Positions 28,219-38,843 of a DNA stretch of 59,175 nucleotides are shown piece by piece. Each line of letters opens with the position of its first letter. The stretch's first letter is position 1. The notes under the pieces were generated by a model that had not been told where the DNA came from, searched no databases, and saw nothing but the letters and a program-made list of their open reading frames with translations. The stretch comes from a virus. Made by a program: the position numbers and the translations under genes. The DNA is taken from IMG/VR virus record IMGVR_UViG_3300045988_086641, positions 1-59,175 of that record. The stretch is one strand, 5' to 3'.

Positions 28219-29703
28219 ATGTCATTATCACTTGCTTTAAACCCTAATAATAGCAATATATTTGATAGTTTTTCCAAGTATTATAAGAGTAAGCAATTTA
28301 AAGAGCAATTACCAGCTTTAGATAACCCTAGAGAGAAAGAAATAGACCTTAATAAGATAATAGGTAAGGAATATGAATCCTTCTGGTATAGTAGAGAAAG
28401 ATATAGGGTAATTAAGGGTAGTCGAGGTAGTAAGAAATCTAAAGTAACCGCCTTATTCTATATAAGTAATATGATGGAATTTCCTGAGGCAAATCTTGTG
28501 GTAATTAGGAAGCATCTTAATACTCATAGAACAAGTACTAGAAATGATTTAATATGGGCTATAAATAGATTAGGAGTACAATATGATTGGAGTTATAGTA
28601 ATTCCGATAATGGAGAGTTAACTATAACAAGAATTAGTACAGGACAAAAGATATTCTTTAGAGGATTTGATGACCCGTTAAATATTACTTCCTTTTCAGT
28701 TGGTCATGGTATTTTATGTTGGGCTTGGTTTGAAGAAGCATTCCAAATAGAATCCGAAGAAGATTTTGATAAAGTAGATAAATCAATAAGAGGTAGAATG
28801 CCAGATGGGACTTCATTAGAAGAACATGGGTTATGGAAACAAATAACATTTACTTTTAATGCCTGGTCCGATAAATGGTGGGGTAAAAGAAGGTTCTTTG
28901 ATAAATGTCCTGATGTTAATATAACAGAAGAAGAATTAGATGAGTATAATGCGGGTAAAAGAAAAACTATAAATAAGTATGCTAGTTTACCTAAAGAATC
29001 TATATTCGTAGGAACAACTATATATGCAGCAAATGAGTTTTTAGATGAAGCAGATATTGCAGTATTTAATCTAACTAGAATTAATAACCCAATAGCATTT
29101 CAAATAGAAGGTCTTGGTAACTGGGGTATTAGTGAAGGACAGATATTTAGAAATTGGACCGTTATGGATTTCAATTATAAGGAAATAATAAGGAAATCGG
29201 TTAATATAAATGGTAAAACCAATTTAAAAATGAGATTCGGATTGGACTTTGGTTATACAAATGATGTTGCTGCCTTAATTGCTTGTATAGTGGATGAGGA
29301 TAATAAGAGAATATGGATATTTGATGAATTTTATAAGGTAGGACAAACCAACCTAATGTTAGCCGATGTTATAAGATATAAAGGATATAGCAAAGAAGTA
29401 ATAAGATGCGATAGTGCAGAGCCAAAGAGTATAGATGAATTAAAATATTATGGAATAACAAGAGCCGTTTCAGCATTAAAGGGAAAGGATAGTATTAGAC
29501 AAGGTATAGGAAGATTACAAGATTACAAGATAATAGTTCACCCAAGTTGTGAGAATACCGTTATAGAATTAAATAACTATGTGTGGAAAAAAGATAAAGA
29601 TACAGAGAAATTATTAAATGAGCCAATAGATGAATACAACCATTTAATGGATGCTTTAAGATATGCAACAGAAGGAATAAGAGTAAGAACATTTAGATTC
29701 TAA
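28219..29703 (+). CDS. Terminase large subunit (PBSX/XtmB family)
   Basis: N-terminal ATPase 'VIKGSRGSKKSKVT' (Walker A), 'LCWAWFEEAF' (Walker B), and a C-terminal nuclease region. Confidence 0.75.
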   Translation: MSLSLALNPNNSNIFDSFSKYYKSKQFKEQLPALDNPREKEIDLNKIIGKEYESFWYSRERYRVIKGSRGSKKSKVTALFYISNMMEFPEANLVVIRKHLNTHRTSTRNDLIWAINRLGVQYDWSYSNSDNGELTITRISTGQKIFFRGFDDPLNITSFSVGHGILCWAWFEEAFQIESEEDFDKVDKSIRGRMPDGTSLEEHGLWKQITFTFNAWSDKWWGKRRFFDKCPDVNITEEELDEYNAGKRKTINKYASLPKESIFVGTTIYAANEFLDEADIAVFNLTRINNPIAFQIEGLGNWGISEGQIFRNWTVMDFNYKEIIRKSVNINGKTNLKMRFGLDFGYTNDVAALIACIVDEDNKRIWIFDEFYKVGQTNLMLADVIRYKGYSKEVIRCDSAEPKSIDELKYYGITRAVSALKGKDSIRQGIGRLQDYKIIVHPSCENTVIELNNYVWKKDKDTEKLLNEPIDEYNHLMDALRYATEGIRVRTFRF

Positions 29704-29717
29704 AGGAGTAATAGATT

Positions 29718-29930
29718 ATGGTAAGGTTTATAGCAGAAACGAGAAATGAAGATAAGGTGGTATTATGCGAAGGAGATTATATAGAACTATACCAGCAACT
29801 TATGTCTTATTTCGATGAAAGTGCCAATATTAGTCGTTTTTATATAGAGAAAAACAACTACATAATAGAAGAAAAGTGGTTACGTCCTAAGGAACAACCA
29901 AAGATATTGAGGAGGAAAAAGGAATGTTAA
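29718..29930 (+). CDS. hypothetical protein
   Basis: ORF with RBS AAGGAG. Confidence 0.45.
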   Translation: MVRFIAETRNEDKVVLCEGDYIELYQQLMSYFDESANISRFYIEKNNYIIEEKWLRPKEQPKILRRKKEC

Positions 29931-30241
29931 AGAAGAAAATGGATAAAAGATGCTTAGCAATTATAAAGCATTATGGACCAAAACACCAACAAAGGAAATT
30001 AGCAGAGGAGAATTACGAATTACAGGATGCTATAACAGAGGTAGAATTAAGAGACCAAGATTATTTGGTGGAACGGCAGGAGGAATTACTAATAGATGAA
30101 ATAGCAGATAATTTAGTATTACTAGCTCAGTTTATACAATATTACAATTTGTCTATGGAGAAAATAGACGAGAGAATAGATTATAAACTAGATAGACAAG
30201 AGGAGAGGATGAGAAATGAGAGCATTTATAAAGGAGAATAA
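29924..30241 (+). CDS. MazG-like nucleotide pyrophosphohydrolase (small)
   Basis: 'LAEENYELQDAI' and 'DEIADNLVLLAQF' resemble the MazG EExxE / DxxxD helices. Confidence 0.4.
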   Translation: MLKKKMDKRCLAIIKHYGPKHQQRKLAEENYELQDAITEVELRDQDYLVERQEELLIDEIADNLVLLAQFIQYYNLSMEKIDERIDYKLDRQEERMRNESIYKGE

Positions 30242-30482
30242 ATGGGATGAGTTTAAGGAGTTATGTAGTAAGTATGGTTTTAGTGTTAGTTTAAAGAAAC
30301 CAAAACAATATTTCCAAAAAGAAATAGATGTAGATATAATGCTATTAGTTAATAAGAAAACAAGAGAACTTCTCCTTATAACACCTATGGGAGAAAGTCC
30401 TTTTATGGAAGTACATAAAGATACTTATAAGGATATCTACGATTTAGGTTATATACAATACGAAGAAGGCAGGTTTGACTAA
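30216..30482 (+). CDS. hypothetical protein
   Basis: ORF. Confidence 0.4.
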   Translation: MRAFIKENKWDEFKELCSKYGFSVSLKKPKQYFQKEIDVDIMLLVNKKTRELLLITPMGESPFMEVHKDTYKDIYDLGYIQYEEGRFD

Positions 30483-30670
30483 TGAATAAAGAGGAAAGAG
30501 AAAGGGAGAAAGAAATAAGGTATCTAATGTATTTAAAATCCCAACTCATAAAACAAACTAAAAAAGAATTATCTCTATTAAGAGAGGAGCTTAATAGTTT
30601 AGGTAATAATAAAGAAAGGAGAGAAGGATATGAAGAAGGTCCTAAAATGGTTAGAAGAAAGAAAAGATGA
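30482..30670 (+). CDS. hypothetical basic coiled-coil protein
   Basis: ORF. Confidence 0.35.
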   Translation: MNKEEREREKEIRYLMYLKSQLIKQTKKELSLLREELNSLGNNKERREGYEEGPKMVRRKKR

Positions 30671-30962
30671 AATAATGTATGGGGTTATAGCATTACTTAT
30701 AGCTCTACTAATAATGGCTATATGCTTCAGTATTCTTTTTATGGGTATTTGCGATGATTTAGTAGAAGAGGTACAAATAAGAAATGGAGAAATAGAGCAA
30801 TTAAAATATGAACGTAATTATTATTATGGTTTATATGATAGCGTAATACAGAGTTATGAAGATGCCATACCTAAACAGCAATATATAGATGATATAGAAT
30901 ATTTAGAATCTGTTATATTGCAATTAAGACAAACCTGTGGTAAGGATTGTGAAGGCATCTAA
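30630..30962 (+). CDS. membrane protein (one TM)
   Basis: 'GVIALLIALLIMAICFSILFMGI' hydrophobic helix; RBS GGAGAGAAGG. Confidence 0.4.
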   Translation: MKKVLKWLEERKDEIMYGVIALLIALLIMAICFSILFMGICDDLVEEVQIRNGEIEQLKYERNYYYGLYDSVIQSYEDAIPKQQYIDDIEYLESVILQLRQTCGKDCEGI

Positions 30963-30998
30963 TACATATAATAATTTAAAGAAAAGGAGGAAATAAAA

Positions 30999-32738
30999 AT
31001 GCCAAGTAGTAAGTCTAGTTTTGGTAAGAATTCTACGTTAAATAATAATCTTGGTGGAGAACAGATTACTTATATAAGACCTGATGAACCACAAGCAGTA
31101 AAAGATACCATAGAAACTTACAATGTTAGTGCTAATAATATAGAAGTAGATAAATTAGTACAAGCCGTATTTGATGAATGGGAGAATAGCAAAGAAAGAA
31201 AGCTAATGTTAGATGGAATAGCATATTATGATAATGAAACACCAATTGATAAAAAGGTAAGATATGACCATTGTGGAACAGATGGAGCTATAAACGATAA
31301 ATTATCTAATGCTAAAATGCATAAGAATATAATGCGTAAACTAACAAGACAAAAAGTTAACACCTTATTAGGTAAGCCTTACAGCATAAAAACAGATAAT
31401 GAAAATTATAAACAAATATTAGAAGATGAATATTTCAACAAATATATGTATAGGAAAGTATTTAACACAGCAAAAGAATCCATAAAAGAAGGAATAAACT
31501 GGTTAAACGTATATTATGATGAAAATGGCACTTTATGTTTTAGAAGAGTTCCAGGAAATCAAGTTAGGGTGTTCTGGGATGATAGAGAACATACTAAAAT
31601 AGCTCAACTTATTCATTATTATGATATAGTAGTATATAAAGGAAGCGAATCTAAAACTTCTACTTACGCTGATTATTATAGTAGGAATGGGGTTATTCAT
31701 TATGTAAGAGAGAGTGAGGGCTTTGTTAGGGATAAAGAAAGATTAGCCGAAGAAGGAAACTTTACCTTAATGGTACCTCAAACAGAAGATATTAAAAATG
31801 ATAAAGGAGAAGTAGTAGAAACTACCTATAAATTAGATGAGGATGGAAACATTATATTTGAACCACAGCAAATGGTTTGGGATAGAATACCTTGGGTGCC
31901 TTTAAAATATAATGAAGAAGAAACAAGTTTACTAAAATACATTAAGGCATATCAAGATGCTTATGAAAAAGTATTTAGTGCAGCAGTAGATGTAATTATA
32001 GATATTCCAAATGCTATTAAAGTATTTAAAGGATATGCTGGTGCAGACCTAGGAGAATTAACTACAAATATTGCTAAATATAGAGCAGTATTAGTAGACC
32101 CTGATGGGGATGCCAATACATTAGAAACAGATTTCAATATAGATGTATTTGATAAGTTATTAGATAGAATTAGAAAAGACGCCTACGAAGATGGTGGCGG
32201 AGTAGATATGCAATCCGACAGAACTGGAGATAAGAGTGGAGTAGGATTAAAGTTCTTATATTCAGATTTAGATTTAGACCTAGAAGAGCTAGAGCAAGAA
32301 ATGGATGTATTCTTTGAATGGCTATTATGGTTTATAGATTACGATATTAGAATGAAACATGGATTAGATTTCGAGGAAGAAGAAGTAACATTCCAATTCA
32401 ATAAAACTAATATAGTAAATGAATCAGAATTGATTTCTATGATAAATAGTTCAAGAGATATGATTCCTGATAGTATATTATTACCAAGACATCCATTCGT
32501 AGAAGATGTTTCAGAAGTAGAAGAAGCTATAGAAGAACAAAGAGTAGCAGAGGAAGAAGAAATGCAAAAACAAATGGAAATGTATGGTAATAGTCCAATA
32601 ATGGCAAATACTACCGGAAGTAAACTACCTAAAGTAACAGCAAATAGTAATAGTAAGCCATCTAGTAATAAAACTAATAACAATAATAAGAAAGATGAGA
32701 AGAAAGACCAGAAAGCTAAAAGTAATACCAATAGCTAG
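30999..32738 (+). CDS. Portal protein
   Basis: ~580 aa, positioned between TerL and the Mu-F-like gene; acidic C-terminal tail. Positional call. Confidence 0.55.
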   Translation: MPSSKSSFGKNSTLNNNLGGEQITYIRPDEPQAVKDTIETYNVSANNIEVDKLVQAVFDEWENSKERKLMLDGIAYYDNETPIDKKVRYDHCGTDGAINDKLSNAKMHKNIMRKLTRQKVNTLLGKPYSIKTDNENYKQILEDEYFNKYMYRKVFNTAKESIKEGINWLNVYYDENGTLCFRRVPGNQVRVFWDDREHTKIAQLIHYYDIVVYKGSESKTSTYADYYSRNGVIHYVRESEGFVRDKERLAEEGNFTLMVPQTEDIKNDKGEVVETTYKLDEDGNIIFEPQQMVWDRIPWVPLKYNEEETSLLKYIKAYQDAYEKVFSAAVDVIIDIPNAIKVFKGYAGADLGELTTNIAKYRAVLVDPDGDANTLETDFNIDVFDKLLDRIRKDAYEDGGGVDMQSDRTGDKSGVGLKFLYSDLDLDLEELEQEMDVFFEWLLWFIDYDIRMKHGLDFEEEEVTFQFNKTNIVNESELISMINSSRDMIPDSILLPRHPFVEDVSEVEEAIEEQRVAEEEEMQKQMEMYGNSPIMANTTGSKLPKVTANSNSKPSSNKTNNNNKKDEKKDQKAKSNTNS

Positions 32739-32749
32739 GAGGTAATTCT

Positions 32750-34663
32750 ATGAATACAGAGGAAATTAAAAAGGCTATTGAGGAGAATAGCAATTACTGG
32801 GAGAAAAGAGCTTTAGAGAATAAACTTAATGTTATAGAGAATGAAGAAGATTACTTAAAAAGAATAACTAGTATATATAATCGTGCTAATAAACAAATAG
32901 ATGATAAATTAGCCAAAGTATATGCTAGATATGCTAAAGAGAATAATCTTACTTTAGAAGAAGCCTATCAAATCTTACCAAAGAAGATGGAAACGGAATA
33001 TAAGAATGATGTTATGGATTATATCTCTAAAGCTAAAGACCCAGCCTACAGAGATTACTTACTAAACCAAAGTATCATGCATAAACATTCTGTATTAGAC
33101 CAGTTAAGAACAGAAATGAGAAATGCTATTTATGATATTGATATAGAAGAAACTGGCGGTAAGTTTTTAGAAAAGATATTTACTAATAGTAACTATAAAG
33201 CTCAATATGATAATAATGAAGAAGCCTTCGCTAAAGTAGATAAAGAAAAGATTCAAAATCTATTGAAAGAGAATTGGTCTGGTGGAGGTAATTTTAGTGA
33301 ACTTATTTGGAAAGATAAAGAGAAATTAGTTAAAGCATTAGATGATATAGTAGTTAAAGGATTAGCCGTAGGAGATAACTATGATAAAATGTCTGATAAA
33401 TTAGCTAAGAGAATGGATACTAGTAAATCTAATGCTAAAAGACTAATAATGACCGAATCAGCCAGAATGGAAAATGAAGGGTTATTATCTTACTATCAAA
33501 GAATAGGAGCAAAGCAACTAATCTTTGTTGCTACTTTAGATATGAAGACTTCAGAGATATGTAGAGCAATGGACGGGCAGATAATTCCAATAGAAGAGGC
33601 AAGAATAGGTTTAAATGTACCTCCATTGCATCCATATTGTCGAAGTGTTATTAGTCCTCATTATGAAGGTAATGAACCAGGAGATAGAGTTTATAGAGAT
33701 ACAGAAACTGGAAAAACAAAAAGTGGAAGATATAGAACTTATAAAGAATACTTGGAAGAAGAATTAGGAGATAAAGAACAAGCTGAAGCATTAGTAAGCA
33801 CTAGAAATGATTTACAAACTTTAATTAAAGCCTTATCAGTAGTTCCAGTAAATAACGTAGCAAAACAATCAAACGGTACTATAGATATAAATCCTTCGCA
33901 AGACCTATTAAATAGAAATCAAGATAGTTATAATGATTTCAAAGAAAGACACATAGATGAATTTACTGAGGAGATGGAGAAACAAATAGAAAAGGACCTA
34001 AAAGATATATTAGATGAAAATGATATGGCTACAAGAGTTTCGATGGAGAATTTAGACAAGATATTAGAAGATGGAAGAATTAAATCTCAATTCGAAACCG
34101 GTAAATCAAGTACAACTATAAATGCTGATATAAGAAAAGAAATGGAACAAACATTATTTGGTTATAATTTAGATTTAGAAGATAGCCTTAGACCTATATA
34201 TGGTTATCTAACTAATTTTAAAAATGGCTTTGATGGAAGTTCTACTAATGGTTCTATAATGTATGGTAATGTTGCTATAAAACTAAAGAAAAGTAATTTA
34301 TCTAATAGAACTACCTTTACCTTTGGAGATTCTTTAGATGGAACTAGATGGGATGTAAAGGTTCCTAGTTTATTTACTGACCCATCCAAGATATCCATAT
34401 CAGCAAATAGGTCATTGACGGATAACTATGGTAAATTCGTTGGCAAGTTGCCTAAAGATTTAAAAGATATAACTGAAAATATACCTTATGTAGAATTACA
34501 ATTCCACGGAGGAGTTAGTATAAAAGATATAGAAAAAATATATATCTACAAATCATTCGATACTTGGAGAGGTAAGCAATCACTTAATATAGATGATAAG
34601 GTATTAAAAAATATAACTGATAAGTTAGATAAATTAAAAATCGAATATGAGGTGATAGAATGA
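32750..34663 (+). CDS. Mu F / SPP1 gp7-like head morphogenesis protein with a ~250-aa C-terminal extension
   Basis: Phage_Mu_F signature 'NAKRLIMTESARMENEGLLSYY...ATLDMKTSEICRAMDGQI'. Total length 637 aa against a typical 300-400. Confidence 0.7.
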   Translation: MNTEEIKKAIEENSNYWEKRALENKLNVIENEEDYLKRITSIYNRANKQIDDKLAKVYARYAKENNLTLEEAYQILPKKMETEYKNDVMDYISKAKDPAYRDYLLNQSIMHKHSVLDQLRTEMRNAIYDIDIEETGGKFLEKIFTNSNYKAQYDNNEEAFAKVDKEKIQNLLKENWSGGGNFSELIWKDKEKLVKALDDIVVKGLAVGDNYDKMSDKLAKRMDTSKSNAKRLIMTESARMENEGLLSYYQRIGAKQLIFVATLDMKTSEICRAMDGQIIPIEEARIGLNVPPLHPYCRSVISPHYEGNEPGDRVYRDTETGKTKSGRYRTYKEYLEEELGDKEQAEALVSTRNDLQTLIKALSVVPVNNVAKQSNGTIDINPSQDLLNRNQDSYNDFKERHIDEFTEEMEKQIEKDLKDILDENDMATRVSMENLDKILEDGRIKSQFETGKSSTTINADIRKEMEQTLFGYNLDLEDSLRPIYGYLTNFKNGFDGSSTNGSIMYGNVAIKLKKSNLSNRTTFTFGDSLDGTRWDVKVPSLFTDPSKISISANRSLTDNYGKFVGKLPKDLKDITENIPYVELQFHGGVSIKDIEKIYIYKSFDTWRGKQSLNIDDKVLKNITDKLDKLKIEYEVIE

Positions 34664-34884
34664 TAATATTAGCTATGGATGGTTATAGATATTTAGTTAA
34701 ACTAAATAAATCAGATGATAGATGTTATTGTATAGATACTAAACTAAACTTCGTATACGGATATGATTTTCCAGAAAAGTTTATGAGATTTGGTAACTAT
34801 ATAGAATATGATATGGATAAATTATCAGATACATTAAGGAAAAGAATAGAAAAGACCCTTAAAAATAATTATTATACGAACTAA
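34660..34884 (+). CDS. hypothetical protein
   Basis: ORF overlapping the upstream stop. Confidence 0.4.
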   Translation: MIILAMDGYRYLVKLNKSDDRCYCIDTKLNFVYGYDFPEKFMRFGNYIEYDMDKLSDTLRKRIEKTLKNNYYTN

Positions 34885-34977
34885 ACATATAATAATAATG
34901 ATAAATGATTCTATCTTTTATTCGAGGCTCGCTTACCTCGGAAAAAAGCGGAATAATAAAAGGAGGAGATTTTATTT

Positions 34978-35628
34978 ATGAAGGATAAGTTAGTTAAGTT
35001 AGGACTTTCAGATGAATTAGCTCAAAAGGTTGTAGATAACTTTGGAGATATTGTTGATGGAGTCTATGTAACCAAAGAAAGATTCAATGAGGTCAATAAA
35101 GAGAAAAAGAACCTAGAGACACAATTAGGAGAAAGGGATAAACAATTAGAGGATTTAAAAAAGAATAATGAATCTAATGAAGACTTAAAGAAAACTATCC
35201 AAGATTTACAAAATGCTAATAAAACGGCTAAAGAAGAAGCTGATAAGTTATTAGCACAAGAACGTAAATCTAATGCCATTAAATTAGAGTTAATGGGAAA
35301 AGTGCATAATCCAGATGTAGTAATGAATATGCTAAAGATGGATGATATCATTATGGATGATAATGGAAAAGTTAAATCAGGATTGAAAGAGGCATTAAAA
35401 ACTCTAAAACAATCTGATAACTATCTATTTATTCCAGAAGGTGATGAAGGAAATAATGGTAATAACCAAAGTGGTGCTAATCCTTATGTTAAAGGTGCTA
35501 GTCCTAAAGATGGAGATTCTAGCCAACCTACTAACTTAAGTAAAGCAGAGTTATTTGCCAAAAACCTTGCCAAAGGACATAATGAGGCAGTAAAAGCTGC
35601 TGCTGATAGTAATTACTTTGGTGAATAA
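34978..35628 (+). CDS. Scaffolding protein
   Basis: N-terminus 'MKDKLVKLGLSDELAQKVVDNF' typical of Firmicutes phage scaffold proteins; coiled-coil middle; sits upstream of the capsid gene. Confidence 0.55.
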   Translation: MKDKLVKLGLSDELAQKVVDNFGDIVDGVYVTKERFNEVNKEKKNLETQLGERDKQLEDLKKNNESNEDLKKTIQDLQNANKTAKEEADKLLAQERKSNAIKLELMGKVHNPDVVMNMLKMDDIIMDDNGKVKSGLKEALKTLKQSDNYLFIPEGDEGNNGNNQSGANPYVKGASPKDGDSSQPTNLSKAELFAKNLAKGHNEAVKAAADSNYFGE

Positions 35629-35647
35629 TAGAAAAGGAGGATTAGAA

Positions 35648-36094
35648 ATGAAAGTTATTTCAACAGAATACGGTACAAGCATTGACATCTTATTTAACCT
35701 TGACCCATATAGTGCAAGACCTATTATGGTTTCAGACACAGGAGTAACTGCTGATGCAAAAACTGGTAAAAAGATTGTTAAAGCAGGTTCTTTGTTAGAT
35801 AAGGATGGGGAAATTGCAAACGATGGCACTGTTAGATATGTTCTATTAAAAGATGTGGATGTAACTAATGGGGATGCGCCAGGTGCTGGAGTATATAAAG
35901 GTACTTTAGATGAAGCTAAAATTGAAAAGAATACTGGTGTTACTATTTCTGATGCTGCTAAAACTGCTTTGAGAGGAATTTTCTTTATGAGCAATGCTGA
36001 TACAGATTATGCAGGAGGAACTGCTGTAGCTGCAGGAACTGGTATTTCTGTATCACAAAGTGGTAATACAGTAACAGTATCAACTAGTGCATAA
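35648..36094 (+). CDS. Gly/Thr/Ala-rich head-associated protein (possible decoration protein)
   Basis: Positioned between the scaffold and major capsid genes; RBS AAGGAGG. Confidence 0.35.
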   Translation: MKVISTEYGTSIDILFNLDPYSARPIMVSDTGVTADAKTGKKIVKAGSLLDKDGEIANDGTVRYVLLKDVDVTNGDAPGAGVYKGTLDEAKIEKNTGVTISDAAKTALRGIFFMSNADTDYAGGTAVAAGTGISVSQSGNTVTVSTSA

Positions 36095-36121
36095 AATATT
36101 TAGATAAGGGAGGAAAGAAAG

Positions 36122-37186
36122 ATGAATTCAATTATGGATTTAGTTAGTGCAAAGGCATTAACAACATATTGGCAAGAAACAGTAAGTAATCGAATTCCTT
36201 ATCTAGGTGAAGGGTTATTCCCAGCTAAAAAGAAAATGGGATTGGACCTTGCTTGGATTAAAGGTTATAAAGGATTACCTATTGCATTAAAACCAAGTCA
36301 TTTCGATACTAAAGCAACAGTAAGAGATAGAATTGGTGTTAAAAAGATTGAAACTGAAATGCCATTCTTTAGAGAAGCTATGACGATTAAAGAAAGAGAC
36401 CGTCAAGAATTATTAAGATTTAGAGAAAATGATAATCAAAACTTATACAGTTCAATTATCAATGAAATCTTTGATGATAGAGCACAACTAATTGAAGGTG
36501 CCTTAATTCAAAGTGAAAGAATGAGAATGCAATTACTAGTTACAGGTGGTATTAGTATAGTAGCAAATAATGTAGATTATACTTATAACTATGATGTAGA
36601 TGGTGATTGGCAAACTAATAACTATGAGGAATTAAGTGGTACTTCATTATGGACAGATACTACTAATAGTACCCCACTTGAAGATATTAGAGAAATGCAA
36701 CAAAAGATTGTTGATTTAACTGGTGTAAAACCTACTAGAGCTATTATGACTCAAAAAACATTTAATTACTTACTTCAAAATAAATCAATCAAGATTGCTA
36801 TCAATCCATTAGCTAATGGTGCTAACCTAGTTAGGGAAGCAGAATTAAAATCATTACTATTAAGCGAACTTGGATTAAGCGTTGCAGTATATGATAAGAA
36901 ATTCAAAGATGAAACAGGAGCAACAAAGAACTTCTATCCAGATGGATACATTACTTTGTTACCTGCAAGTACTCTTGGTAATACTTATTATGGTACTACT
37001 CCAGAAGAAGCAGATTTACAATCAGCTAACTTTAATGGAGATGTATCAATCGTTGAAACAGGAGTAGCGGTTACTACAATCAATATTCCTCATCCAGTTA
37101 ATAAAGAAACAATCGTTTCTGAAATCGTATTACCTTCTTTTGAAAGAATGAATGAAGTTGCTACAATTAAAGTTGCAGCTGCCTAG
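36122..37186 (+). CDS. Major capsid protein
   Basis: 354 aa, follows the scaffold gene and is followed by a strong terminator, as expected for a highly expressed gene. Confidence 0.6.
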   Translation: MNSIMDLVSAKALTTYWQETVSNRIPYLGEGLFPAKKKMGLDLAWIKGYKGLPIALKPSHFDTKATVRDRIGVKKIETEMPFFREAMTIKERDRQELLRFRENDNQNLYSSIINEIFDDRAQLIEGALIQSERMRMQLLVTGGISIVANNVDYTYNYDVDGDWQTNNYEELSGTSLWTDTTNSTPLEDIREMQQKIVDLTGVKPTRAIMTQKTFNYLLQNKSIKIAINPLANGANLVREAELKSLLLSELGLSVAVYDKKFKDETGATKNFYPDGYITLLPASTLGNTYYGTTPEEADLQSANFNGDVSIVETGVAVTTINIPHPVNKETIVSEIVLPSFERMNEVATIKVAAA

Positions 37187-37195
37187 TTAATAAAT

Positions 37196-37226
37196 GGAGG
37201 TATGAGAATACCTCCTTTATTTTTAA
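37196..37226 (+). terminator. Intrinsic terminator after the capsid gene (GGAGGTAT/ATACCTCC + T-run)
   Basis: 'ggaggtatgagaatacctcctttattttt'. Confidence 0.6.
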
Positions 37227-37245
37227 AGAAAGGAGAATTGTTATT

Positions 37246-37581
37246 ATGAAATTTCCATTCGCAGTAAAACATAATGGTATTCTATATGAACCAGGTAAAG
37301 AAGTTCCTATTGGAAAAGAACCTGTAAAAGAGAATGCTGATAAAGAAAGAACTGTTAATGAGATTAGAGAAGAATTAAAAGCTCTTGGAGTTACTAAATT
37401 CACATCTAATAAGAAATCCGATTTAATTGCTTTACTAGAGGAAAAGAAAGCTGAAGCAGAAGCTAAAGCAGATGAAGAGGAAGAAGATAAAGACCCAGAA
37501 GGTGAAAATCCAGAAGGTGAAAATCCAGAAGGTGAAGATGGGGAAGATGATTTAATGAACAAAATCATAAATGAAGAATAA
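37246..37581 (+). CDS. Rho-N/SAP-like domain protein with acidic PEGEN repeats
   Basis: 'LKALGVTKFTSNKKSDLIALLEE' resembles the Rho termination factor N-terminal/SAP motif. The C-terminus has three copies of PEGEN. Confidence 0.4.
   Translation: MKFPFAVKHNGILYEPGKEVPIGKEPVKENADKERTVNEIREELKALGVTKFTSNKKSDLIALLEEKKAEAEAKADEEEEDKDPEGENPEGENPEGEDGEDDLMNKIINEE
37495..37539. repeat. 3 tandem copies of a 15-bp unit CCAGAAGGTGAAAAT
   Basis: Read directly; encodes PEGEN three times. Confidence 0.85.
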
Positions 37582-37602
37582 GATTAGCGAGGAGGTGCTA
37601 AT

Positions 37603-38040
37603 ATGGAAGAAGTTAAAAAGATTTTAGATTATAAATTAAACAAACTTCTAGGCGATAAAGCCAAATCAGTAACCGATGAAGATAAAGAGTTTATATTAGC
37701 ACAAGCTAAAAGTAAAATTCAGGCTTATTGCCACAGATTAGATATGCCAAAACCTATTTACTATATATGGGTTGATATGGCAATAGAAATACTTAAAATA
37801 AATGATAGTAAGTTATTTGAAAAAGATTCAATGTCCGAAGAAGAAATGTCTAAAAGGGTTACCAGTGTTAAAGCTGGAGATACTACTATCTCTTTAGATG
37901 CAGGAAGTACTGATGATACTATAGATACAGGTTATAGTCCAAATGCAAATGATGATGCTTTACTAAATAGTTTTGCAAAACAATTGATGGCTTTTAGGAA
38001 GTTTCCTGGAGGCTGTGGATGTGGTTTAGATGGCATTTAA
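37603..38040 (+). CDS. Head-tail connector / adaptor protein
   Basis: Positional call: first gene after the capsid in the head-completion block. Confidence 0.4.
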   Translation: MEEVKKILDYKLNKLLGDKAKSVTDEDKEFILAQAKSKIQAYCHRLDMPKPIYYIWVDMAIEILKINDSKLFEKDSMSEEEMSKRVTSVKAGDTTISLDAGSTDDTIDTGYSPNANDDALLNSFAKQLMAFRKFPGGCGCGLDGI

Positions 38041-38419
38041 TATCAGACCATTCGGTCATATATTAAATAATCTAATGTATGGGGATACCTGTACTATATC
38101 TAGAATCAAAGAGAATACCGATATATATGGAGCAACCCAACCAGCTGGTAGGGAAGAAGTATATAAAGATATTGCCTGCAAGTTTAGTTTTACTGAAAAG
38201 GATAATCCTTCAGATAGTAATGAAACTTACATGCCAGTATTAAAACAAGTTGTAGTATTTACTGATTTAGATTATGATATTGTAGCAGGAGATTATATTT
38301 CAGGCTATAGAACAGACCCAGAATCAGGAGTAAAACAATTAGTTGAAGGAATATGTGGTAAACCTAATAGATTTGATACCCATCAAGAAATACCAATACA
38401 AATAGATGAGGAGAATTAG
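38030..38419 (+). CDS. Head closure protein
   Basis: Positional call. Confidence 0.35.
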   Translation: MAFNIRPFGHILNNLMYGDTCTISRIKENTDIYGATQPAGREEVYKDIACKFSFTEKDNPSDSNETYMPVLKQVVVFTDLDYDIVAGDYISGYRTDPESGVKQLVEGICGKPNRFDTHQEIPIQIDEEN

Positions 38420-38842
38420 ATGGCATACGGTTATAGTATTGATACTAGAGCTATAAGTCAATATCAAAGAAATGTTTTAGAGGCTTCTAGAAAATTAAAA
38501 GATTTTGAAAGAAGATTTCTAGAAACTCTAGCGGGTATGGTTATGGAAAAGGTAATACCTAGAACACCGGTAGATACTGGTAGGTTAAGAAGAAGTTGGA
38601 AGATTTCTAAAGTAACCGTCAAAGGTAATACAATGGAAATAAGCATATATAATGATGCTAGAGATAATGGTATGGACGAAAGTTATGCCTCATATGTAGA
38701 ATTCGGTCATTTTACCAGAGGTAGATTAAGTTATGTAGAGCCAGTTTGGATGCTAACTATTTCTACTGATGAAGTAAAAGCGGAGATGACTAGAGTTTGG
38801 AATCAACTATTTAATGAATTTGTAAAGGAGGCAGGTTTATAG
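38420..38842 (+). CDS. Tail-connector protein (HK97 gp10-like)
   Basis: Positional call. Confidence 0.35.
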   Translation: MAYGYSIDTRAISQYQRNVLEASRKLKDFERRFLETLAGMVMEKVIPRTPVDTGRLRRSWKISKVTVKGNTMEISIYNDARDNGMDESYASYVEFGHFTRGRLSYVEPVWMLTISTDEVKAEMTRVWNQLFNEFVKEAGL

Positions 38843-38843
38843 T

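Noticed and set aside
34919-34950. Hairpin cgagg-ctcgcttac-cctcg followed by an A-run, upstream of the scaffold gene
   Set aside because: It is followed by A's and not T's on the coding strand, so it is not a convincing terminator. It may be an RNA stability element and is not reported as a feature.
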